A DNA stretch of 64,000 bases from Syntrophorhabdaceae bacterium (GCA_963666485.2 CAXXUO010000003.1:128001-192000); one strand, 5' to 3'. Shown: positions 8,110-18,932, numbered from the stretch's first letter. The notes: a model not told the origin generated them from the letters alone. Made by a program: numbers and translations.

Positions 8110-10383
8110 ATGTTAGACATTCCCCGCCATATTCTGCGCCCGGCCCGCTACATCGGGTGCGAACCGAACCATGTCCGGAAGGACCTGAAGGATGTGAGAG
8201 TGCGTTTTGCGCTCTGCTATCCGGATATCTACGAGATCGGGATGTCGTACTATGGTCTGTTCCTTCTCTATGAGATCGCGAACCGGATGGAAGGGGTGTG
8301 GTGCGAACGGTGTTTCGCTCCCTGGGCGGACAGGGAAGAGCATCTGAGGTCAACGGGTAAACCTCTCACGACCCTCGAATCGAAGACGCCCCTTTCTTCA
8401 ATGGACCTGATAGGTTTTTCGCTGACGTATGAGCTCAATGTCACGAATGTCCTGAATATGCTCTCCCTCGGCGGGGTGAACATACACTCGGATGCACGGC
8501 GGGAAAAAGATCCTATCGTCATTGGGGGCGGCCCGTTAATGCTGAACCCCGGGCCGTACCGGCGTTTTTTTGACGTCATTGTCGCCGGCGAGGGGGATGA
8601 GGCAATCGTTTCGCTGCTCACAATTGCCCGGGACATGGCCGGTGAAAGACGGGACAGGATCATAGCCGAACTGTCAAAGGTCGACGGGGTTTATACGGCC
8701 GAGGCAACGAAAGTAAAAAGGCTTTTTGTCAAAGACCTCGACCGGGCGTTTCATCCTGTCCGGCCTCCGATACCGGCCGTCGACAGCGTCCATAATCGCC
8801 TCAACATTGAAATATCGCGCGGGTGCGGCAATGGGTGCCGGTTTTGCCTCGCCGGATTCGGGTACAGACCGTACCGTGAACGTTCGTTCGAAGCGGTGAA
8901 GGCGGCCATAGACGAGGGCCTTCACAATACCGGGTATGAAGAGATATCGTTGCTTTCGTTAAGCTCAGGAGATTACGGGCATCTTTTCGATGTTATTGAC
9001 TATGCGCGAAGGAAATATAACGGGTTGTCTGTCAGTTTGCCATCCCTTAAAATTGGCAGCATAGGGAAGGACGAGATAGCGGCAATGGGAGAAATGGCGC
9101 GCACGGGCTTTACGTTTGCGCTGGAAGCCCCGGCGGCGCATTTAAGGCAGCGGCTGAACAAGGATATAAATGTCGATGACCTCGTAGCGCAACTGCCGCA
9201 GCTCAGAGATCTCGGCTGGCGCCGGTTGAAGTTGTATGTCATGGTGGGCTTTCCGTGGGAGACGGAAGAGGACCTGCGCTCGATCCGCGATGTCATCTCG
9301 CCGTTCAGGGCTGCCGGTTTCGACATCAACCTGTCGGTATCCCCGTTCACGCCGAAGCCGCACACCCCGTTCCAATGGCTGCCGATGGATGACGAGGCGG
9401 TACTTAACGAAAAAATACTGTTGATAAAGGATTCCCTGAAAAAGACGGGTGTCCGGGTGCGGTACCGGGATACATCTGTGAGCATTATCGAGGGCATCGT
9501 CGCGCGGGCGGATGAAGGCCTGTCACCTCTTTTCTCGTACCTTCATGAGCGCGGTGTCCGGCTCGAGGCGTGGCGTGAATTCTTCTCGTTCGAGCCGTAC
9601 CGGCAATGGTTCGAGGAGAATTCCCTCGACATCGCGAAGTATACCGGACGTTTGGGCCCGGATGATCCCCTTGCCTGGGATGTGGTCGATATGGGTTTTG
9701 ATACGCAGTTCCTGAGTGACGAGCTCAGGAAGGCCGAATGCGCTGAGATGACGGAAAACTGCCTGAACGGATGCGCCGCGTGCGGCCTCGAATGTGATCG
9801 CAGCCACGGGTCCGCCTCCGGAAAAGAAAGAACCGGATCAGCAACCGACGGTGAGAGGCCCCCCCTGGTCCTAGCCGGTCCCGCGCCGAAGAAGGTAACG
9901 TTTCGTTACGGCAAATACGGCGATGCACGATATGTCGGACACCTCGACACGATGAGCATCCTGGTGCGGGCCATCAAGGGTTCCGGAATACCGATCAGGA
10001 CAAAAGGGAAATACCATCCTTTACCGAAGATAGCCCTGACGGACGCCCTTCCTGTCGGTATCGAGAGTTTTTATGAATTCATCGAGATAGAGACCGAAGC
10101 GGACACAAAGATCGATAATGTAATCATGAACAACATCAACTCGCGATTGATGCCGGGCATAAAAATATACGAATTTATTGAAGGTTCTTTGAAAGATGTG
10201 GTAAAAGATTATCTGTTCATTCTTATTGCGGAGACCATGCAGGAGGGTGATATCACCCTGTGGAAGAAAACGCAGGGCAGGTATTTTTATGTGTGGCGCG
10301 GCAAGAGTGCTAAACAACTCTGGAACCGAGAGACCTTTTCCCGGATCATCAAGATAGGATCGAGAGACAATTATGGCATCTGA
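8110..10383 (+). CDS. TIGR03960-type radical SAM protein fused to a DUF2344/TIGR03936-like domain
   Basis: YPDIYEIGMS, RGCGNGCRFC (CxxxCxxC), PKPHTPFQW, C-terminal RYVGHLD. Confidence 0.9.
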   Translation: MLDIPRHILRPARYIGCEPNHVRKDLKDVRVRFALCYPDIYEIGMSYYGLFLLYEIANRMEGVWCERCFAPWADREEHLRSTGKPLTTLESKTPLSSMDLIGFSLTYELNVTNVLNMLSLGGVNIHSDARREKDPIVIGGGPLMLNPGPYRRFFDVIVAGEGDEAIVSLLTIARDMAGERRDRIIAELSKVDGVYTAEATKVKRLFVKDLDRAFHPVRPPIPAVDSVHNRLNIEISRGCGNGCRFCLAGFGYRPYRERSFEAVKAAIDEGLHNTGYEEISLLSLSSGDYGHLFDVIDYARRKYNGLSVSLPSLKIGSIGKDEIAAMGEMARTGFTFALEAPAAHLRQRLNKDINVDDLVAQLPQLRDLGWRRLKLYVMVGFPWETEEDLRSIRDVISPFRAAGFDINLSVSPFTPKPHTPFQWLPMDDEAVLNEKILLIKDSLKKTGVRVRYRDTSVSIIEGIVARADEGLSPLFSYLHERGVRLEAWREFFSFEPYRQWFEENSLDIAKYTGRLGPDDPLAWDVVDMGFDTQFLSDELRKAECAEMTENCLNGCAACGLECDRSHGSASGKERTGSATDGERPPLVLAGPAPKKVTFRYGKYGDARYVGHLDTMSILVRAIKGSGIPIRTKGKYHPLPKIALTDALPVGIESFYEFIEIETEADTKIDNVIMNNINSRLMPGIKIYEFIEGSLKDVVKDYLFILIAETMQEGDITLWKKTQGRYFYVWRGKSAKQLWNRETFSRIIKIGSRDNYGI

Positions 10384-11854
10384 GCTTGTTATAAATGTTA
10401 CGTACAGTGAAACGCGGATAGCTTTCCTCGAGAATGGCACCCTCGTCGAGTTCTTTATCGAGAAGAAGAATGACAGGAGCATGGTCGGGAGCATCTACAA
10501 GGGAAAGGTCGTGCGGATAGTCCCCGGGATGGATGCCGCGTTCATCGATATCGGGCTCGAAAAATCGGCATTCCTTTATGTGGGGGACATTATCCTCGAC
10601 GGCATGATGTACGAGGAGTTCGACAGTTCGGAGTTCCATTTTGAGGCCGGCGAACGCATAGAAGGCGTTCTCGAGGACGGCCAGGAACTCATCGTCCAGG
10701 TGTCGCGGGAGCCCATCGGGCAAAAGGGCACACGGGTCACGTCAAAGATCACGCTGCCGGGACGGCTTCTCGTCCTTATGCCAGGTACGGACCACATCGG
10801 AGTGTCCCGGAAGATCGAGGATGAAGAGGAACGCAAACGGCTTGCCTCGGTGATGAAAGACATATGCCCCAAAGGATACGGGCTCATCGGCAGGACCGCA
10901 TCGGAAGGGAAGAGCGCCGACGAGCTTGAAACCGATCTCAATTTCCTGCGGCGCATATGGGAAAGCATACAGGAAAAGGCGAAAGGCTCCCGGGCCCCCG
11001 CCATCCTGCACCAGGAACTCGGAATAATCTTCCGTGTCATCCGTGACCTCCATTCGCATAACCTCAAGAAGGTGATCGTCGACGACGAGTTCGTCTACAA
11101 AAGACTCGAACAGTTCCTGAAAGAGTACCTGCCCGAAGAGGGGTGCGAGGTCACCTATTTTGACGAGAGAGACCCGATATTCGAGGTCTACGGTATCGAG
11201 ATGGAAGTGGCGAAGCTGCTCCAGAGAAAGATCTGGCTCAAATCCGGGGGTTATATCGTCCTCGATTATACCGAGGCATTGACGGTCATAGACGTCAACA
11301 CGGGAAGGTACCTCGGAAAGAAGGACCTCGAGGACACCATCCTGAGGACGAACCTCGAAGCCGTAAAAGAGATCGCCTACCAGATACGCCTGCGCAATAT
11401 CGGCGGGATCATTATCGTCGATTTTATCGATATGGAGCGCAAGGAATCCCGTGAAACCGTCTTCCAGTCCCTGATGGATACGCTGAAAAAAGACAGGATC
11501 AAGACGTTCGCCTACCCGATCAGCGAACTGGGGCTCGTTCAGCTTACCCGGAAAAGGACCCGCCACAATGTGGTGAACCTTCTCACGGAGACCTGTCCGA
11601 ACTGCGAAGGTTCCGGTTATATAAAATCCCGTTTTACTGTCTGCTACGAGGTGCTCAGGGAACTGAGAAGCTCGTGCAGAAAGGGTGAGGGCAGGATCTT
11701 CAATATCTATCTCTCACCGGACGTGGCCAACCTGCTGTACGAAGAAGAAAAGACCTCCCTCGAACAGATCGAATCGACGTACGGAACAAAGATCAACCTC
11801 ATCGCCAACCCGAACTTTGCGATCGACAAGTTTCAGATAGAAGGAATACTGTAA
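10373..11854 (+). CDS. rng: Ribonuclease G/E family
   Basis: S1 domain, TEALTVIDVNTG, RLRNIGGIIIVDFIDM, CPNCEGSG. Confidence 0.95.
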   Translation: MASELVINVTYSETRIAFLENGTLVEFFIEKKNDRSMVGSIYKGKVVRIVPGMDAAFIDIGLEKSAFLYVGDIILDGMMYEEFDSSEFHFEAGERIEGVLEDGQELIVQVSREPIGQKGTRVTSKITLPGRLLVLMPGTDHIGVSRKIEDEEERKRLASVMKDICPKGYGLIGRTASEGKSADELETDLNFLRRIWESIQEKAKGSRAPAILHQELGIIFRVIRDLHSHNLKKVIVDDEFVYKRLEQFLKEYLPEEGCEVTYFDERDPIFEVYGIEMEVAKLLQRKIWLKSGGYIVLDYTEALTVIDVNTGRYLGKKDLEDTILRTNLEAVKEIAYQIRLRNIGGIIIVDFIDMERKESRETVFQSLMDTLKKDRIKTFAYPISELGLVQLTRKRTRHNVVNLLTETCPNCEGSGYIKSRFTVCYEVLRELRSSCRKGEGRIFNIYLSPDVANLLYEEEKTSLEQIESTYGTKINLIANPNFAIDKFQIEGIL

Positions 11855-11859
11855 GGATC

Positions 11860-12714
11860 ATGAACACGCCGGTCCTGTCTCCTGCCAAGGTGAATCTTTA
11901 TTTAAAGGTCCTGTCGCGCCGTCCGGACGGCTACCACAATCTGCAGAGCCTGGTCGATATTATCTCGCTGGCGGACATTATTCACATCGAGGACATCCCG
12001 CAAGACGAGATCATTCTCGGCGACGACAGGAACGTCCTTCCCCGGGGGGAGGGAAACACCGTTTTCCGCGCCGTCCGGATGCTGAAGGAGACGTACGGTG
12101 TCAGGCGCGGCGTCCGTATATTCATCGAGAAGAAGATCCCCATCGGGAGCGGCCTCGGCGGGCCGAGCAGCAATGCGGCCTCCGTGTTGAAGGAATTGAA
12201 TGTGCGCTGGGGGCTCGGCATTCCCTTTGAGGAGCTCAATGCGATCGGAAGCCGGATAGGGGCCGATGTTCCTTTGTTTCTTGGCGGTGGGCCGTGCATC
12301 ATGGAGGGGATAGGCGATATAGTCACTCCCGTCAGCTTGCCGCAGATGTGGTATGTAATTGTTTATCCTAATGTCAGCATATCGACAAAGGCGGTCTATG
12401 AGGGCCTGAGAATCGTGTTGACAAAGGAGCACAATGATATTAAATTGATGGGGAATTTCAGCAATCCTTGCGAAATTGCGGGCATTCTCAAGAACGATCT
12501 TGAAGAGGTCGCTGTAAGAATGTGCCCGCAGATCGGGAGCATCAAGGATGTCCTGAAAGGTACCAAAGCCCTCGGTTCGCTCATGAGCGGAAGCGGTTCA
12601 TCGGTGTTCGCTCTCTTCGATAAAGAAGAAGAAGCGCGTCTGGCGTCATTGTCGGCAATAAACGAGATGGGGACTGTTTTTATTGCACATAGCGTACAGG
12701 GAGGGGTACACTAA
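11860..12714 (+). CDS. ispE: 4-diphosphocytidyl-2-C-methyl-D-erythritol kinase
   Basis: PAKVNLYL, KKIPIGSGLGGPSSNAA, GADVP, MSGSGS. Confidence 0.96.
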   Translation: MNTPVLSPAKVNLYLKVLSRRPDGYHNLQSLVDIISLADIIHIEDIPQDEIILGDDRNVLPRGEGNTVFRAVRMLKETYGVRRGVRIFIEKKIPIGSGLGGPSSNAASVLKELNVRWGLGIPFEELNAIGSRIGADVPLFLGGGPCIMEGIGDIVTPVSLPQMWYVIVYPNVSISTKAVYEGLRIVLTKEHNDIKLMGNFSNPCEIAGILKNDLEEVAVRMCPQIGSIKDVLKGTKALGSLMSGSGSSVFALFDKEEEARLASLSAINEMGTVFIAHSVQGGVH

Positions 12715-12980
12715 TGCTGATCACGGATGTCAAGATCTTCCCCGTTGACGAGAAACGGGTAAAGGCGTACGCCTCGATCGTTTTTGATGACTGTTTTATC
12801 GTGCGCGATGTCAAGGTGATCCAGGGAGACAACAAGTTCTTCGTTGCCATGCCGAGCAAGAAAATGAAGGACGGCTCTTTCCGGGATATGGTCCACCCTC
12901 TGAACACCGTGACGCGGCAGATGATAGAAGAGAGTGTGCTCGGGGCTTACAGGCTGGAAACAGGCGCTTTGCAGACATAA
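12714..12980 (+). CDS. spoVG: SpoVG family DNA/RNA-binding protein
   Basis: ITDVKI, KAYASIVFDDCF, FVAMPSKK, FRDMVHP. Confidence 0.95.
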   Translation: MLITDVKIFPVDEKRVKAYASIVFDDCFIVRDVKVIQGDNKFFVAMPSKKMKDGSFRDMVHPLNTVTRQMIEESVLGAYRLETGALQT

Positions 12981-12984
12981 AGAT

Positions 12985-13056
12985 TGGGGTGTCGTCAAGC
13001 GGTAAGACACAGGCCTTTGGAGCCTGCATTCGGAGGTTCGAATCCTCCCGCCCCAG
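12985..13056 (+). tRNA. tRNA-Gln(TTG)
   Basis: Cloverleaf; anticodon arm CAGGC-CTTTGGA-GCCTG; GGTTCGAATCC T-arm. Confidence 0.97.
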
Positions 13057-13080
13057 CATATATCCTCAGGAGGGATCTCA

Positions 13081-14016
13081 TTGGATAAGCTCAGAATATT
13101 AACGGGCAATGCGAATCCGGAACTGGCATACAAGATCTGCGAATATCTCGGGATCAAGCTTGCGAAGGCAAGGGTCAACCAGTTCAGCGACGGGGAGATC
13201 CAGGTCTCTATCGATGAAAGCGTCCGGGGAATGGACACCTTCATCGTACAGTCGACGTGTCCGCCCGTCAATCATAACCTGATGGAGCTGCTTATCATGG
13301 TCGATGCCCTGAAGAGGGCCTCGGCGGGGCGCATAACCGTTGTCATGCCGTACTACGGCTATGCCCGGCAGGACCGCAAGGTCATTCCGCGGACATCGAT
13401 CTCGGCACGGCTCGTCGCCAACCTCGTGACCGTCGCAGGCGCATCGAGGATACTGGCAATGGACCTTCACGCCGGCCAGATACAGGGCTTCTTCGATATA
13501 CCGGTGGACCACCTCTACGCTCTTCCCGTTCAGTTCGATTACATAAAAAAGATCAAAGGTGATATCGTTGTCGTTTCCCCCGATGCGGGCGGCGTCGAGC
13601 GCGCCAGGGAACTGGGGAAGCGGATCAACGCCACCATCGCGATAATCGACAAAAGACGGGAAAAAGCAAATGAATCGAAAGTGATGCATGTTATCGGCGA
13701 TGTCAGAGGCAGGACGGCCATACTCATCGACGACATGATCGATACGGGCGGGACGATCGTTCAGGCGGCGCAGGCCCTCATAGACAACGGGGCCAAAACG
13801 GTCTACGCGTGCTGCTCGCATCCCGTGCTTTCAGGACAGGCCATCGAGCGTATAAATGCTTCACCGCTCAAAGAATTGATAGCAACCAATACGATCCCTC
13901 TCTCCGAAGAGGGCAGGAGATCGAAAAAGATAAAAGTTCTGGATGTATCACCTATTCTCGGTGAGGCGATCAAGAGAATACATCTCGATGCATCCGTAAG
14001 TTCGTTGTTCATATAG
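13081..14016 (+). CDS. prs: Ribose-phosphate pyrophosphokinase (TTG start)
   Basis: [32 protein letters not shown]. Confidence 0.98.
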   Translation: MDKLRILTGNANPELAYKICEYLGIKLAKARVNQFSDGEIQVSIDESVRGMDTFIVQSTCPPVNHNLMELLIMVDALKRASAGRITVVMPYYGYARQDRKVIPRTSISARLVANLVTVAGASRILAMDLHAGQIQGFFDIPVDHLYALPVQFDYIKKIKGDIVVVSPDAGGVERARELGKRINATIAIIDKRREKANESKVMHVIGDVRGRTAILIDDMIDTGGTIVQAAQALIDNGAKTVYACCSHPVLSGQAIERINASPLKELIATNTIPLSEEGRRSKKIKVLDVSPILGEAIKRIHLDASVSSLFI

Positions 14017-14029
14017 CTGGGAGGACAGT

Positions 14030-14650
14030 ATGGAACAGGTTTTGATCAATGCAGACAAAAGAAGTGCGACAGGCAAGGGCGTTGCACGAAAATTCAGAAG
14101 TGCAGGGCGGATACCGGCCGTTCTTTACGGGACCAATGTTGAGCCGGTAGCGATAACCATCGGGGCACGTGAATGGGAAACCGTCACCCGTCACTTGAAA
14201 CGGAATGTCATTTTTGACATGGAGATCCATGATGGCCCTGCGGTGGATAAGAGACCGGTCATGGTGAAGGAGATCCAGCGTGACGGCCTGGGGATCAATA
14301 TCATGCATATTGATTTCTTCCAGGTTTCCATGGAAAAGACCGTCGAAGTCGAGGTCCCCATTCATCTCGCCGGAAAATCCAAAGGAGAGGTCCTTGGCGG
14401 AGTTGTCGATGTTCATTTGAGACAGATACGCGTCGAGTGTCTCCCCAACCAGATCCCGGAAGAGATCACGGTCGATATTTCGGAGCTCGATATCGGTGAT
14501 TCCATCCATGTCAGCGACATCAGTTTACCGGGTGTCAAACTGGTCGAGCATGGGGAAATAGCCATCCTCAGCATCATACCGCCGACGGTCGAAGAGAAGA
14601 GGGGAGCTGCAGAGGCACCGGAAGCCGCCGCAGAAGCGAAAGAGGAGTAA
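14030..14650 (+). CDS. rplY: 50S ribosomal protein L25/Ctc
   Basis: GRIPAVLYG, HIDF, C-terminal Ctc domain; prs-rplY-pth-ychF order. Confidence 0.96.
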   Translation: MEQVLINADKRSATGKGVARKFRSAGRIPAVLYGTNVEPVAITIGAREWETVTRHLKRNVIFDMEIHDGPAVDKRPVMVKEIQRDGLGINIMHIDFFQVSMEKTVEVEVPIHLAGKSKGEVLGGVVDVHLRQIRVECLPNQIPEEITVDISELDIGDSIHVSDISLPGVKLVEHGEIAILSIIPPTVEEKRGAAEAPEAAAEAKEE

Positions 14651-14657
14651 CGGCTCA

Positions 14658-15215
14658 TTGCATCTTTTATGCGGGCTTGGCAATAAAGGCTCGGAGTATA
14701 CATTCACGCGTCACAATGTCGGCTATCTCGTGATAGACCGTTTTTCCGAACGCTTCAAAATTCCGCTCAAGAAGAAAGATTCGGGTTGCAGGATCGGGTC
14801 AAAGGATGACCTGATCCTGGCAAAACCCGATACGTATATGAACCTTTCCGGCAGCCCGGTTGCCAAACTTGCCAGGAAATTTGCCGTTCCGCCGGAAGCC
14901 ATCATCATAGTTCACGACGACCTGGACATGGATTTCGGCAGAATGAAGATACGCCTGGGAGGCCGGGATGGTGGGCACAAGGGCGTTCGCTCTATCATAG
15001 AAAGCCTGCAGACGCAGGATTTTTACCGTCTCAAGATAGGCATCGGTAGGAACCCTGCGATGCCGGCCGAAGAATATGTCCTGTCACGCTTCGAATATGA
15101 AAGACAGAAGGAGCTCGCGGAGATCATCGACGTGGCATGCGAGGCCCTCGATGTCTTCGTGACCGAGGGCGGCTCGAAAGCGATGAGCATTTACAACAAA
15201 CGCGGTCCGGAGTGA
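14658..15215 (+). CDS. pth: Peptidyl-tRNA hydrolase
   Basis: GLGN, TRHNVG, KPDTYMNLSG, HDDLD, GGHKG. Confidence 0.97.
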   Translation: MHLLCGLGNKGSEYTFTRHNVGYLVIDRFSERFKIPLKKKDSGCRIGSKDDLILAKPDTYMNLSGSPVAKLARKFAVPPEAIIIVHDDLDMDFGRMKIRLGGRDGGHKGVRSIIESLQTQDFYRLKIGIGRNPAMPAEEYVLSRFEYERQKELAEIIDVACEALDVFVTEGGSKAMSIYNKRGPE

Positions 15216-15225
15216 GGGGCAAGCC

Positions 15226-16314
15226 ATGAGTTTCTCATGCGGGTTTATCGGCCTTCCCAATTCAGGAAAATCGACCATCTTCAATGCATTGACATCGCTC
15301 GCCGTACCGTGCCAGCCCTATCCTTTCTGCACGATCGATCCGAACGTGGGGGTTGTCCCGGTCCCTGACCGCAGGCTGCTCAGCCTCGCGGAACTCCTCA
15401 AGCCGGAAAAGGTTGTCGAAACCACGATACAATTTGTCGATATTGCCGGCCTCATCAAAGATGCCCACAAGGGAGAGGGCCTCGGCAACAGGTTCCTTGC
15501 GCATATCCGCAACGTCGATGCGACAGCACATGTCATCCGGGCATTCACGGCAGGCCAGGTGCCCCATGTCTATGAGGACATAGACCCTGCGAGGGACATG
15601 GACATCGTCGAGACCGAGATAATCATCTCGGACCTGGAGATCGTCGAGGACCGGATCAAGAAGATCGAGCGCCTTGCAAAGATATCAAAGGACAAGGGAG
15701 AGGTGGAAATGGAGCTTCTCCTCAGGGTCAAGAGGTATCTCGATTCCGGGCGTTTTGTTCGCATGGAGGACTTCGACGAAACCGAAAGCGGGATCATTCG
15801 CGGGTTTGACCTGATAACGACGAAACCTTTGTTCTATATCGCCAATGTCGATGAGGATGCCTTCGTCAGCGTCCCCATAGCGAACATCGAAGAGGCCGCG
15901 AAAGCGCGCGGCAGAGAGGTCGTCTATATCTGCGGTAAACTGGAGCAGGACCTGAGCGTCCTTCCCGAGGAAGAGAGAACATCTTTCATGGAATTATACG
16001 GGATGGAAGAATTCTCCATCGAAAAAATAATTCACGTAGGCTACCGTATCTTGAACCTCATAACATTCTATACGATAGTGGGAAAGGTGATGCGCGCCTG
16101 GACAATACCAAGAGGAACTCCCTGTGTAAAGGCGGCCGGAAAGATACACACCGATATGGAGAAAGGGTTCATACGGGCCGAGGTCATCAATATCGATGAA
16201 TTCATCGCATGCGGAAGCGAGCACGCGGCGCGGGAAAAGGGACTGCTCAGGCTCGAAGGGAAAGAATACGTTGTTCAGGATGGCGACATACTCCATATTA
16301 GGTTCAATGTCTGA
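15226..16314 (+). CDS. ychF: Redox-regulated ATPase YchF
   Basis: GLPNSGKST, YPFCTIDPN, DIAGL, AAGKIHTD. Confidence 0.97.
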   Translation: MSFSCGFIGLPNSGKSTIFNALTSLAVPCQPYPFCTIDPNVGVVPVPDRRLLSLAELLKPEKVVETTIQFVDIAGLIKDAHKGEGLGNRFLAHIRNVDATAHVIRAFTAGQVPHVYEDIDPARDMDIVETEIIISDLEIVEDRIKKIERLAKISKDKGEVEMELLLRVKRYLDSGRFVRMEDFDETESGIIRGFDLITTKPLFYIANVDEDAFVSVPIANIEEAAKARGREVVYICGKLEQDLSVLPEEERTSFMELYGMEEFSIEKIIHVGYRILNLITFYTIVGKVMRAWTIPRGTPCVKAAGKIHTDMEKGFIRAEVINIDEFIACGSEHAAREKGLLRLEGKEYVVQDGDILHIRFNV

Positions 16315-16331
16315 TAAAAACCGTTAAAGAA

Positions 16332-16500
16332 GAAAAGACGGTTCCACGTTCCACGTTCCACGTTCCACGTTAAAAACAAATACATTCTCGTTCCGGGTTT
16401 GACCCTTCCACTCGTCGTTCTGAGCACCGTCTCGCGGACCGGGTTGACGGTACGTGGTAGTTTCTTTAACGTGGAACGTGGAACGTGGAACCGTCTTTTC
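16332..16500. repeat. Heptamer fold-back element, CGTTCCA unit
   Basis: GAAAAGACG(GTTCCAC)4GTTAAA ... TTTAAC(GTGGAAC)3CGTCTTTTC; between convergent genes. Confidence 0.92.
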
Positions 16501-16502
16501 GT

Positions 16503-17804
16503 TTATATGTTCTGCCCCAGCCTTATCGCATTCTTGAAAAGGCTGAAATTGGTATCGGGCTGGGTCAGTTCCTGGTTGTTTCCGATGAAAGGGACAAGCA
16601 CCAGGGACGCCTCCTTAATACGTATCGATACATCCGGAAGTGTGGGCAGGAAGAGCTTCTTTCGCAGTGTCAGGTCTGCGGCGAGGGTCTTCGACCCGCT
16701 GAAGGCATCGTCGAGAGGCACATTCACGGGAACGATATCGGTGTGAGGCAGTACGGTATCTGCACCTTCGGGGCTTGCTATCGTGAACTGCCTGGCTATG
16801 CGTAAGAAGGCCGGAGGGTTCGTTTTGAAAGCAGGGAGCCAGAAAAAGAATGGCTTGTCTTCAAAGGCGGGCAGCAGAGCGCGGGGGATGTTCGTAAATC
16901 TGATAAAATCCGCGTAGGAATCAAGCCGTGTTCCGGTCATCGTGACCGAGATCTTCCAGAAGGGCACGTATGTTGTCGATGTGCTGTCTTTAGTGCCCGA
17001 TGCCATCCGCGAAAAACCGAAAGAGATGAGGCCGTTTTCTGTCACGTGCCATGACCTGTCGCATTTCGTACAGAAGACGATGCGGCTGTCCCGTCCGGAA
17101 ATAGTGTCCCAGCCGCAGTTAGGGCACAGTGTCGGAAGGAAATTGACAGGCCAGTCTCCATCAACGGTATCGGCGCCGGTGAAGGTGGCGGCCGTCGCGC
17201 CGAGCACATCATCCGTTACCCCATCGTGCACCTTGTTGTCACGCACGTAAAAAGGCGCATAGATAAGGCTCAATGTGTCAGCTATAAATACTTCATGGTA
17301 GATGCGTTCTTCGTGCATTTCAAGCCGTTCGTCCGGCACGATATCCCAATCCTCTTCGGAGGTCCTGATAATGCGCGCTTCCGTAGTCTTCACGAGGCTG
17401 TATTCTACCGTATTCTTAGCCAGTGTCTGCGACGGGTCAAAAGCGGCGGTTGGCTTGAGAAAGTGCGTGCTTTCCCCGGGTTTGGCAAATTTAAGTTTTA
17501 AAGACTGGACGCGAAGGCCCAGCGATTGCGGAAGGCCGGGGCTGTCAACCGCCAGGATGGTCCTGTCCACGAGTCCGCTTTCAACCCCGCTCGTTTTACA
17601 GAGGAAATGCATTCCCTTGAACCGCCAGTAAGGGACATAATACACATCTTCGAGAAATGGGTCGCGTGGCAGTATCGTGTAGCGGAAATAGTCCCCGGGC
17701 TGCATGAACAATCTTGTCTTGCAGAAAGTGCAGGAAAGAAGCGTATCGGCCTCATCGAGGACAACGGGGGCGCCGCATTGCGGGCATTCATGTTCTATCT
17801 GCAT
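16503..17804 (-). CDS. Hypothetical protein with two zinc ribbons and repeated YxPxW motifs
   Basis: CPQC..CTFC and CPNC..CTKC; YVPYW and YVPFW; 3 bp downstream of the SPFH gene. Confidence 0.8.
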   Translation of the reverse strand: MQIEHECPQCGAPVVLDEADTLLSCTFCKTRLFMQPGDYFRYTILPRDPFLEDVYYVPYWRFKGMHFLCKTSGVESGLVDRTILAVDSPGLPQSLGLRVQSLKLKFAKPGESTHFLKPTAAFDPSQTLAKNTVEYSLVKTTEARIIRTSEEDWDIVPDERLEMHEERIYHEVFIADTLSLIYAPFYVRDNKVHDGVTDDVLGATAATFTGADTVDGDWPVNFLPTLCPNCGWDTISGRDSRIVFCTKCDRSWHVTENGLISFGFSRMASGTKDSTSTTYVPFWKISVTMTGTRLDSYADFIRFTNIPRALLPAFEDKPFFFWLPAFKTNPPAFLRIARQFTIASPEGADTVLPHTDIVPVNVPLDDAFSGSKTLAADLTLRKKLFLPTLPDVSIRIKEASLVLVPFIGNNQELTQPDTNFSLFKNAIRLGQNI

Positions 17805-17807
17805 CGC

Positions 17808-18911
17808 TTACGTTATCTTTTCCCCGCAGTTATTACAGAATTTCGACCCGTGGAGGTTTTCATACCCGCACTTAGGGCAGGTGACCGGGTCATGTTTTTT
17901 TGACACCTCGCACCCGCAGGACGGGCAGAACCGGGCATTGGGGGGAACGTTCTTGTGACAGTCGGGGCATTGGGCGACAACAAGCAGGTGATGGCCGCAC
18001 GCCTGGCAGAACTGTGCGTTTGCGGCAACGGGATTTCCGCATTCAGGGCATTTCATTGCTTCGGAGGTTTCAGAAACCCCTCTCATGCTCTCGGCATACA
18101 TGGCGGGCATCATGAAGCCGAGGCCCATGCCGAGCCCGGCACCCGCCTGGGACGGATTTTTGGAAGCGGTTTCCATGGCCATCGCGGTTTTCATCTTGAG
18201 AAGCTTATTGAGATCGTCAAACATCGCGAGCCTGCTCTTGTCATCGATCGCCTGCTGTACCTCCTGGGGCGGCGTTATCGAGTTGATGAAAAGACTTGAG
18301 AGCTCGATCCCGAAATGCAGGAAATCCTTTGCAACGAGGCTGCTTAAGCCCGAGGATATCTCATCATACCGGCCCGGAAGATTGAGAAGGGAATCAAGGT
18401 TGTCTCCCAGGTAGTCGTTGAAGCGCGATAATACGATCTTGCCGAGGTATTCCCCGATATCATCCACTGTGTAGGAAGATTTTGTCCCGACCAGGGTGTT
18501 GATAAAAAGTGAAGGCTGAATGACCCTGATGTTAAACATCCCGAAGGCCCTCAGTCTTATGAGCCCGAGTGTCGAATCCTTGAAAGCGACAGGATCTCTC
18601 GTCCCCCACGCGAGGTTCGCAAAGACCTTCGTATTGATAAAATACACCTCGGCGCGCAGCGGGCTCGTGAATCCCCACGGCAGGCTTAAGAGTTTTGTGA
18701 TAATGGGGATGTTAAGCGTGGTCAGGGTATAGCGTCCCGCGCCCACAGCATCGTAGGCTTTCCCTTCGTAGAAGAATATCGCGGCCTGGCTCTCGCGCAC
18801 GGTAAGCTGGGCACCGTACTTGATATCCCCGGACCCTTCCTGCGGTATCCTGTGGGCTATCTCTTTGCCGGTATCGTCAAACCATTCGATGATCTCAATA
18901 AAATTACCCAT
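17808..18911 (-). CDS. SPFH/Band7_1 domain protein with C-terminal zinc ribbons (YdjI-like)
   Basis: GAQLTVRESQAA, AEVYFIN, WGTRDPV; six CxxC pairs at the C-terminus. Confidence 0.9.
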   Translation of the reverse strand: MGNFIEIIEWFDDTGKEIAHRIPQEGSGDIKYGAQLTVRESQAAIFFYEGKAYDAVGAGRYTLTTLNIPIITKLLSLPWGFTSPLRAEVYFINTKVFANLAWGTRDPVAFKDSTLGLIRLRAFGMFNIRVIQPSLFINTLVGTKSSYTVDDIGEYLGKIVLSRFNDYLGDNLDSLLNLPGRYDEISSGLSSLVAKDFLHFGIELSSLFINSITPPQEVQQAIDDKSRLAMFDDLNKLLKMKTAMAMETASKNPSQAGAGLGMGLGFMMPAMYAESMRGVSETSEAMKCPECGNPVAANAQFCQACGHHLLVVAQCPDCHKNVPPNARFCPSCGCEVSKKHDPVTCPKCGYENLHGSKFCNNCGEKIT

Positions 18912-18932
18912 AAAAACGACCTCCCGGACTCT

